From Steroidobacteraceae bacterium (GTDB taxonomy: Bacteria; Pseudomonadota; Gammaproteobacteria; Steroidobacterales; Steroidobacteraceae), in the NCBI GenBank assembly GCA_035523875.1, contig DATKPY010000018.1:94461-118460 (forward strand): DNA of 24,000 bases. Reading direction: 5' to 3'. Positions 8,191 to 14,187 of the stretch are shown here, one piece after another (position 1 is the first letter of the stretch; the number at the start of each line of letters is the position of its first letter). The notes below the pieces were generated by a model. It searched no databases and was not told where the DNA came from. It saw nothing but the letters and a program-made list of their open reading frames with translations. A program made the translations under genes and the position numbers.

Positions 8191-9762
8191 ATGAGTTCAG
8201 GGCTGCCGCAGCCGCTCCTCGCGCTGCTTTCGCCGCAGGCGTACCCGCACCCGGTCGATTCCGTCGAGCTCATCGAGACGCACATCTCCTGGGTGCTGCT
8301 CGCAGGCGCGTTTGCCTACAAGATCAAGCGTCCGGTTCGCTACGCATTCATCGATCTCCGCGCACCCGAGCGCAGGCGGTTCTTCTGTGAGGAGGAGCTG
8401 CGGCTCAATCGCCGCTTCGCCCCGCAGCTCTATCTGGAGGTCTGCGAGATCGTGAGCGTCGGTGGGGAAGCGCGCATCGGCGTGGCCGGAGCCGTGCTCG
8501 AGTACGCCGTGCGCATGCGTCGCTTCTCGCGCGCAGACGAGCTCGATCGGCTCCTCGATAGCCACCGGATCGAGCCGATCGAGCTCGAGGCGTTCGGGCG
8601 GGCGCTCGCGCTGATTCACGCGCGCCTTCCCGCCGCCGCCCATGACACGCGTTGGGGATTTCCCGCGGAGGTGCAGGCCCTCATCGTGCGCAACGTCATC
8701 GAGTGCGCTGCGGCCGCCACGGTGTTCGATGCCGCCGAGGAGGTGCGCGCTCTCCAGGGAGCCCTCGAGCGCGCGCTTCCGCAGAGCACGCCGGCCATGG
8801 CCGCGCGGCGCCTCCAGGGGCGCATACGCGAGTGCCACGGCGATCTGCACAGCGGCAACATCGTACGTCTCGGCGCGCGTCTCGCCGCCTTCGACTCGAT
8901 CGAGTACGAGCCCGCGTTTCGCTGGATCGACGTGGCCGACGAGATCGCCTTTCTCACGAGCGATCTCGCTGCCCGCGACCGCCCCGTGCACGCGCACGCG
9001 TTCCGTTCGGGCTATCTCGCCCAGAGCGGCGATTATCACGCTTGCCGCCTACTCAAGCTCTACGAGGTGCATCGCGCGCTGGTGCGCGCCAAGGTCGCGG
9101 CGCTCACGGCCGGGCAATTGCCCGCGGGAGCCGCGCGGGCCGCCGCACGGCGCGAATTCGCACGCCTCATCGGCTGCGCGCGCGCGGCGCTCGCGCCGCG
9201 CAAGCCGCTCTTGATCCTCCTGTGCGGTCTGTCCGGCTCCGGCAAGACCTGGCTCGCCCGGCCGCTCGCCGAGCGGCTCGCGGCGGTGCACCTGCGCTCG
9301 GACATCGAGCGCAAGCGCCGTGCGGGACTCGATGAGCTCGCGCGAACGCACGCGCCGATCGCCCAGGGGATCTACTCGGATGCGGCCACCGCGAAGGTCT
9401 ACGAGGATCTGGCGGCTGCGGCCGAGGATGTGCTCTGCGGTGGCATCACGGCCGTGGTCGACGCCACCTTCCTGCTGCGTGGCGAACGCGCGCGCTTCGC
9501 CGAGCTCGCGCGGCGGCTCGCCGTGGCGCTCCGTGTCGTCAACTGTGAGGCGCCCGCGGCGGTGCTGCGTGCGCGGGTCACGGCACGGGCGCGCAACCTC
9601 GGAGATCCTTCCGAGGCCGACGCCGCAGTGCTCGGATGGCAAATGGACCGCTACGAGCCGCTCGAGCCGCTCGAGGGGCTCGAGGTGATCCGCATCGACA
9701 CGGCTCAACCCGAGGCCCTGCAGGCGCTGCTCGCGCGCCTCAGCGCCCCAACAGCGACTTGA
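8191..9762 (+). CDS. bifunctional-type protein: N-terminal aminoglycoside-phosphotransferase-like (protein-kinase-like fold) domain plus C-terminal P-loop (AAA_33-like) kinase domain
   Basis: The N-terminal domain has THISWVLLAGAFAYKIKRPV, the catalytic loop HGDLHSGNIV and the metal-binding region AAFDSIEYEP..IDVADEIAFL. The C-terminal domain has the P-loop LLCGLSGSGKTWLARPLAERL. Starts at ATG 8191. Confidence 0.8.
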   Translation: MSSGLPQPLLALLSPQAYPHPVDSVELIETHISWVLLAGAFAYKIKRPVRYAFIDLRAPERRRFFCEEELRLNRRFAPQLYLEVCEIVSVGGEARIGVAGAVLEYAVRMRRFSRADELDRLLDSHRIEPIELEAFGRALALIHARLPAAAHDTRWGFPAEVQALIVRNVIECAAAATVFDAAEEVRALQGALERALPQSTPAMAARRLQGRIRECHGDLHSGNIVRLGARLAAFDSIEYEPAFRWIDVADEIAFLTSDLAARDRPVHAHAFRSGYLAQSGDYHACRLLKLYEVHRALVRAKVAALTAGQLPAGAARAAARREFARLIGCARAALAPRKPLLILLCGLSGSGKTWLARPLAERLAAVHLRSDIERKRRAGLDELARTHAPIAQGIYSDAATAKVYEDLAAAAEDVLCGGITAVVDATFLLRGERARFAELARRLAVALRVVNCEAPAAVLRARVTARARNLGDPSEADAAVLGWQMDRYEPLEPLEGLEVIRIDTAQPEALQALLARLSAPTAT

Positions 9763-11251
9763 TCGCCGCGAGCAGCTGGTCGGCGCGGATCGGCTTGCTC
9801 GCGACCTGCACGCGCGGATCGGGCTCCAGCCCGCGGATCATCGAGGAGGTATCGCCCGTGACCAGGATCGCCCTCAGATCCGGGCCGGCGATCCCGCGTA
9901 CGGCGTTGATCACATCGATGCCGGTCTCGCCGTCGTTCAGATGATAGTCGGTGATCAGCAGGTCGATCGCCGGATCCTCGCGCGCCTTCTCGGTCGCCTC
10001 GGGGACCGAGGCGGCGGAGACCACGCGGTAGCCTTCCACGCGCAGCAGCATCGCGGTCGCATCGCGCACTCCCATGTCATCATCGACGAGCAGGATGCAC
10101 GAGGCGGAGCTGGGGCGTTGCGCCGTCGCAGACTCCGGCGTGCCGGCTCTGAGCGGCGGGCGCTCGGACCTGCCGGCCGGCAGCTCGAGCGCGAAAACCG
10201 ATCCGCTGCCGACGGTGGAGCGGACGTCGAGCCGCAACCCGAGCAGATTCACCAGTCGGCGCACGATGCTCAAGCCAAGACCGTATCCGTCTCGCGTGGT
10301 GTTGCTTGCCACGCCGATCTGATAGAACTCGTCGTAGATGTAGGGCAGCTGGTCTTCCGGTATGCCGACCCCCGTATCGATGACCTCGACGTGGACGGCG
10401 GCCGGCAGGGCGGCGCACCGCAGCTCGACCGAGCCACGGCGGGTGTACTTGATCGCGTTCGCGACCAGGTTGCGCAGAATCTGCCCGACGAGCGAGGGAT
10501 CGGAATGCACGCACTCGTGCGCCGACACCACCTTGAACTCCAGGCCCTTGCTGATGGCGAGATTGGCGAAATCCGTGCGCAGCTCCTCGAACAGCTCCCC
10601 GACGATGAAATCGGTCGGGTCCGGCTGAATGGCGCCGGATTCGAGCTTGCTGATGTCGAGCAGTGCGTTGAGCAGCCGCGACATGGCATCGATCGCCCGA
10701 CCCTGATGCTCGACCGCCTCACGCGCGGTCGGCTCGGTGATCAATCGGGTGAGGGTGCCGTTGAGGAGCGAGAGCGTCTGCAGAGGCTGGCGCAGGTCGT
10801 GACTGGCGGTCGCGAGAAAGCGGCTCTTGGCCTGGTTCGCGCGGTCGGCGAGCTCGCGGGCCTGGGTGAGCTCGACCTGGATCCTCTTGCGCTCGGTCAC
10901 ATCGCGAATCGCGGCCGCGACGAGCAGCCGCTCGCCGTCATTGATCGGACTCAGGCTGATCTCGACGGGCCGCTCCGTGCCGTCCTTGTGCAGCCCATAG
11001 AGATCGAGGTCGACCCCCATCGGCCGCACCCGCGCGCTGTCGGTGTACTTGCGCCGATGGTCGAGGTGAATCGTGCGGAAACGCTCCGGAAGCAGGCACT
11101 CGATCTTGCATCCGACGAGATCCTGCGGCGCGTAGCCGAACAGGGCCGCCACTTGCTGGCTCGCGAATACGATGCCGCCGGAGCGATCCACTATCACGAT
11201 CGCATCCGGTGCCGATTCGAGAACGTTGCTCAGGAGTTCGGTCGACAGCAT
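9740..11251 (-). CDS. hybrid sensor histidine kinase: PAS - HisKA - HATPase_c - receiver
   Basis: PAS domain: LESAPDAIVIVDRSGGIVFASQQVAALFGY...LLPERFRTIHLDHRRKY...GLHKDGTERPVEISLSPI. H-box FLATASHDLRQPL, N-box LRNLVANAIKYT, G-boxes DTGVGI and GYGLGLSIV. C-terminal REC: ILLVDDD...DLLITDYHL...SKP. ATG at 11251 gives MLSTELL. No TM segment is present. Confidence 0.9.
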   Translation of the reverse strand: MLSTELLSNVLESAPDAIVIVDRSGGIVFASQQVAALFGYAPQDLVGCKIECLLPERFRTIHLDHRRKYTDSARVRPMGVDLDLYGLHKDGTERPVEISLSPINDGERLLVAAAIRDVTERKRIQVELTQARELADRANQAKSRFLATASHDLRQPLQTLSLLNGTLTRLITEPTAREAVEHQGRAIDAMSRLLNALLDISKLESGAIQPDPTDFIVGELFEELRTDFANLAISKGLEFKVVSAHECVHSDPSLVGQILRNLVANAIKYTRRGSVELRCAALPAAVHVEVIDTGVGIPEDQLPYIYDEFYQIGVASNTTRDGYGLGLSIVRRLVNLLGLRLDVRSTVGSGSVFALELPAGRSERPPLRAGTPESATAQRPSSASCILLVDDDMGVRDATAMLLRVEGYRVVSAASVPEATEKAREDPAIDLLITDYHLNDGETGIDVINAVRGIAGPDLRAILVTGDTSSMIRGLEPDPRVQVASKPIRADQLLAAIKSLLGR

Positions 11252-11337
11252 CGTCGGGCATGGACCGCGCGAGGACCATTCCGCGCTGCGCCATGATACG
11301 CACACCCAGCGTGGGTGCCAATCGGCCGGTGTTCGCC

Positions 11338-11994
11338 CTAGAGCTTGCCCGGGCGGCTCGGCACGGCAGCGCCCGCCGCGGAATCCTCGCCCTGGTCCAT
11401 GACCATGCGCACGAGCTGCGCCAAGGAGGCGGCGCCGCTCTTCTCCATCACGCGGGCCCGATGGATCTCGACCGTGCGCTGGCTCACCCCGAGCTCGGCG
11501 GCCATGACCTTGTTCGCCTTCCCCTTGGTCATGAGCGCGAGCACCTCGCGCTCGCGCGGCGTGAGGGTCTCGAAGCGCTCGCGAATGCGCTCGTGCTCCC
11601 TCAGCGCGGAGCGCGCCTTCGCATCCTTGGCGAGCGCGCGCTGAATGCGGTCGATGAGATCCTGGTCGCGGAACGGCTTCTGCAGGAAGTCGAAGGCGCC
11701 GTGCTGCATGGCCTCGACCGCCATCGGGATATCGCCGTGCCCGGTGATGAAGATGACCGGAATGATCGCGCCGCGCAGATTCAGATGCTGCTGCAGCTCG
11801 AGTCCGCTCATCGCCGGCATGCGCACGTCGAGCACCAGACAGCCCGGCTGATGGGGCTGATAGCTCGCGAGGAATTCGCTCGCCGAGGACATCGTCTGCG
11901 TTGGAAGCCCGACCGATTTCAACAGGAAACGAAGCGAGTTGCGGACCGCCTCGTCGTCGTCGACCACGAACACCGTCGGTGTCGGCTCTTTCAT
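11338..11994 (-). CDS. fixJ: FixJ/NarL-family response regulator (REC + LuxR-type HTH)
   Basis: REC domain: VFVVDDDEAVRNSL...CLVLDVRMPAMSGLEL...IFITGHGDIPMAVEAMQHGAFDFLQKPF. HTH: LTPREREVLALMTKGKANKVMAAELGVSQRTVEIHRARVMEK. ATG at 11994 lies 7 nt after the upstream kinase stop, and GGAG sits 10 nt upstream of it. Confidence 0.9.
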   Translation of the reverse strand: MKEPTPTVFVVDDDEAVRNSLRFLLKSVGLPTQTMSSASEFLASYQPHQPGCLVLDVRMPAMSGLELQQHLNLRGAIIPVIFITGHGDIPMAVEAMQHGAFDFLQKPFRDQDLIDRIQRALAKDAKARSALREHERIRERFETLTPREREVLALMTKGKANKVMAAELGVSQRTVEIHRARVMEKSGAASLAQLVRMVMDQGEDSAAGAAVPSRPGKL

Positions 11995-12001
11995 TGACGA
12001 A

Positions 12002-12772
12002 TCACTCCGCGGCCTCGGTGGGGAGGCGGATGTAGAAGCACGCCCCGCACGGGCGGTTGGGGTGATGCCCGAGCGTTCCGCCGTGCGCCCGCACGACGGT
12101 GTTGCTGATCGGAAGCCCGAGGCCCGTGCCGTTCTGCTTCGTGGAGAAGAACGGGTCGAACAACCGCTCGAGCGCCTCCCGGGAAAGCCCCGGGCCATTG
12201 TCGCACACCGCAATCTCGATTTGACCTGCCTCCGTGGCGCTCGTGCGCAGGGTCACCGTGCGGCTCGCCGGATCCGTCGCGGACAGGGCTTCGAGGCTGT
12301 TGCGCACCAGATTGAGGAGGACGTGCTGCATCTGGACCCGATCGACCGCGACCGCCGCCAAGTCCTCGCCGAGCTCGAGGATCAGACGCGCGCGATGCAC
12401 GCGCGCGTCCGCCTGCATGAGGCCGAGGATCTCGGTCACGACCGAGTTCACATCCGTCGGGAGACGCTCGACGGGCACATTGCGCGCGAGACTGCGCAGG
12501 CGATGGATGATCTCGCCCGCCCGCACCGCCTGCGAGGCGATCTCGCGTAACGCCTGGCGCATCTCCTGGAGGTCGCTGTCCGGCCGTCCGAGCAGCCGCT
12601 CGCAGGCTTGCGCATAGTTGGCGATCGCCGTGAGCGGCTGATTGAGCTCGTGCGCGATGCCTGCGGCCATCTCCCCGATCGTGGCCAACCGCGAGACGTG
12701 CAGCATTCTTCCTTGCAGGGCGCCGGCGCCGTCGAAATGCGGCTCGCTGGAAGACGCGGAAGACTCGGTCAT
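12002..12772 (-). CDS. soluble FixL-type histidine kinase consisting of the transmitter core only (DHp + catalytic domain, no sensor domain)
   Basis: 256 aa. H-box [29 protein letters not shown], N-box [12 protein letters not shown], G-boxes DNGPGL and [9 protein letters not shown]. GGAG lies 6 nt upstream of ATG 12772, and an in-frame TAA lies 8 codons upstream (12794-12796). No TM helix or PAS domain is present. Confidence 0.9.
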   Translation of the reverse strand: [256 protein letters not shown]

Positions 12773-12843
12773 GAAGGCTCCGTCGATAGCCGATTAAATA
12801 GTATGGGCTCGGTTCCGTGGGAGTCGTTACGTATGTTCCGCAA

Positions 12844-12861
12844 CTAGGTAGAACTACCTAG
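12844..12861. promoter_or_regulatory. perfect palindrome CTAGGTAG-AA-CTACCTAG; candidate operator for an HTH dimer (FixJ/NarL-type) in the divergent kinase/ligA intergenic region
   Basis: The 8-bp arms are perfectly complementary, with a 2-bp spacer. The palindrome lies 71 nt from the kinase ATG (12772) and 73 nt from the ligA ATG (12935), so it is centred in the region. It sits in a locally AT-richer patch of a ~70% GC sequence. The sequence feature itself is certain; the function is inferred. Confidence 0.4.
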
Positions 12862-12934
12862 CGTGCTGCGCGCATCCCCGAAGCCGCCGCGTGGCGCAAC
12901 GGGCAAGCTTGAGCCGCATTCGAGGAGCACGACC

Positions 12935-13318
12935 ATGATATCGCAAGCCGTTCCAAGCTCACCGCGCGCCACGCCCGTGGCGAGACAGCCCGTCTCGGGC
13001 ACCGTGATGTTCGACGGTGAGGAGGCGCGCAAGGGCTATGCGCTCAACAAGATGTGCTACTCGTTCAACAGCGCGCAAAACCGGGCGGCATTCCTGGCCG
13101 ACGAGGACGGCTACTGCGCGCGCTTCGGGCTCGATGCGCGTCAGCGCGACGCCGTCAGGCGGCGCGACGTGCTCTCGATGATCGCGGCCGGCGGCAACAT
13201 CTACTACTTGGCGAAGCTCGCGGGGATCTTCGGGCTCGACGTGCAGGACATCGGCGCGCAGCAGACCGGCATGTCCCTCGATGCGTTCAAGTCGCGGCTC
13301 ATCGCAGAGGGGCGCTGA
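12935..13318 (+). CDS. ligA: protocatechuate 4,5-dioxygenase alpha subunit (LigA family small subunit)
   Basis: MFDGEEARKGYALNKMCYSF...AAGGNIYYLAKL matches the LigA pattern (ARKGYNLNQF...EGGNVYFLSKL from memory). GAGGAG lies 7 nt upstream of ATG 12935. The stop is 3 nt before ligB. Confidence 0.85.
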   Translation: MISQAVPSSPRATPVARQPVSGTVMFDGEEARKGYALNKMCYSFNSAQNRAAFLADEDGYCARFGLDARQRDAVRRRDVLSMIAAGGNIYYLAKLAGIFGLDVQDIGAQQTGMSLDAFKSRLIAEGR

Positions 13319-13321
13319 ATC

Positions 13322-14179
13322 ATGGCAAGACTCCTGGGCGCGATCTGCACCTCGCACGTGCCGGCGATCGGCAAGGCGATCGCCCGCGGGCTCGAGCGCG
13401 AGCCGTACTGGCAGCCGTTCTTTCAGGGCTTCCCGCCCGTGCATGCCTGGCTCGAGGAGGTCCGCCCGGATGTGGCGGTCATCATCTACAACGACCATGG
13501 CCTCAACTTCTTCCTCGATAAGCTGCCCACGTTCGCGGTCGGCGCCGCGGCCCAGTACGCGAACGCCGATGAGGGTTGGGGGCTGCCCACCGTGGCCCCA
13601 TTCCCAGGGGACGTGGAGCTCTCGTGGCACTTGATCGAGTCGCTGGTCGCAGCGGAATTCGACATCACCATGTGCCAGGAGATGCTGGTCGATCATGCGT
13701 TCGCCGTGCCGATGCAGCTGCTGTGGCCCACGCGCGAGGCGGGCGCTCGCCTCCGCTGGCCGGTGCGCACCGTGCCCGTGTGTGTGAATACCGTGCAGCA
13801 TCCGCTGCCCTCGGCGCTGCGCTGCTACAAGCTCGGCCAGGCGATCGGGCGCGCGATCGAGTCGTACCCGGAGGATGCGCGCGTCGTCGTGATCGGCACC
13901 GGCGGGCTCTCCCACCAGCTCGACGGCACCCGCGCGGGCTTCATCAACAAGCGCTTCGACGAGCTCTGCATGGGAAAGCTCGTGAACGAGCCGGAGGCGC
14001 TCACGCGCTACTCCAACGCGGAGCTGGTCGAGCTCGCCGGCACGCAGGGCGTGGAGATTCTCATGTGGATCGCCGCCCGCGCGACGCTCGCGGGCCCCGT
14101 CACCGCGCGGCACCGCAATTACCACGTTCCGATCTCGAACACGGCAAGTGGACTGATGCTGCTCGAGCAAGCCGCGTAG
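13322..14179 (+). CDS. ligB: protocatechuate 4,5-dioxygenase beta subunit / class III extradiol dioxygenase (LigB family)
   Basis: The LigB catalytic pattern is conserved: TSHVPAIG (His), IIYNDHGLNFF (His), VDHAF, GTGGLSHQL (His), GVEILMW (Glu), YHVPISNTA. 285 aa. Confidence 0.9.
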   Translation: MARLLGAICTSHVPAIGKAIARGLEREPYWQPFFQGFPPVHAWLEEVRPDVAVIIYNDHGLNFFLDKLPTFAVGAAAQYANADEGWGLPTVAPFPGDVELSWHLIESLVAAEFDITMCQEMLVDHAFAVPMQLLWPTREAGARLRWPVRTVPVCVNTVQHPLPSALRCYKLGQAIGRAIESYPEDARVVVIGTGGLSHQLDGTRAGFINKRFDELCMGKLVNEPEALTRYSNAELVELAGTQGVEILMWIAARATLAGPVTARHRNYHVPISNTASGLMLLEQAA

Positions 14180-14187
14180 CGGCCCGC

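Noticed and set aside
8191-9200. The aminoglycoside-phosphotransferase-like domain as an antibiotic-resistance determinant.
   Set aside because: Only the generic kinase-like catalytic motifs are present. The domain is fused to a P-loop kinase and sits in a chromosomal stress-gene context with no mobile-element signatures. Calling it a resistance gene is not supported by the sequence.
11303-11317. Hairpin CACCCA-GCG-TGGGTG between fixJ and the hybrid kinase, considered as an intrinsic terminator or attenuator.
   Set aside because: The stem is only 6 bp and no U-tract follows it on the transcribed (minus) strand. That is insufficient to call a terminator.
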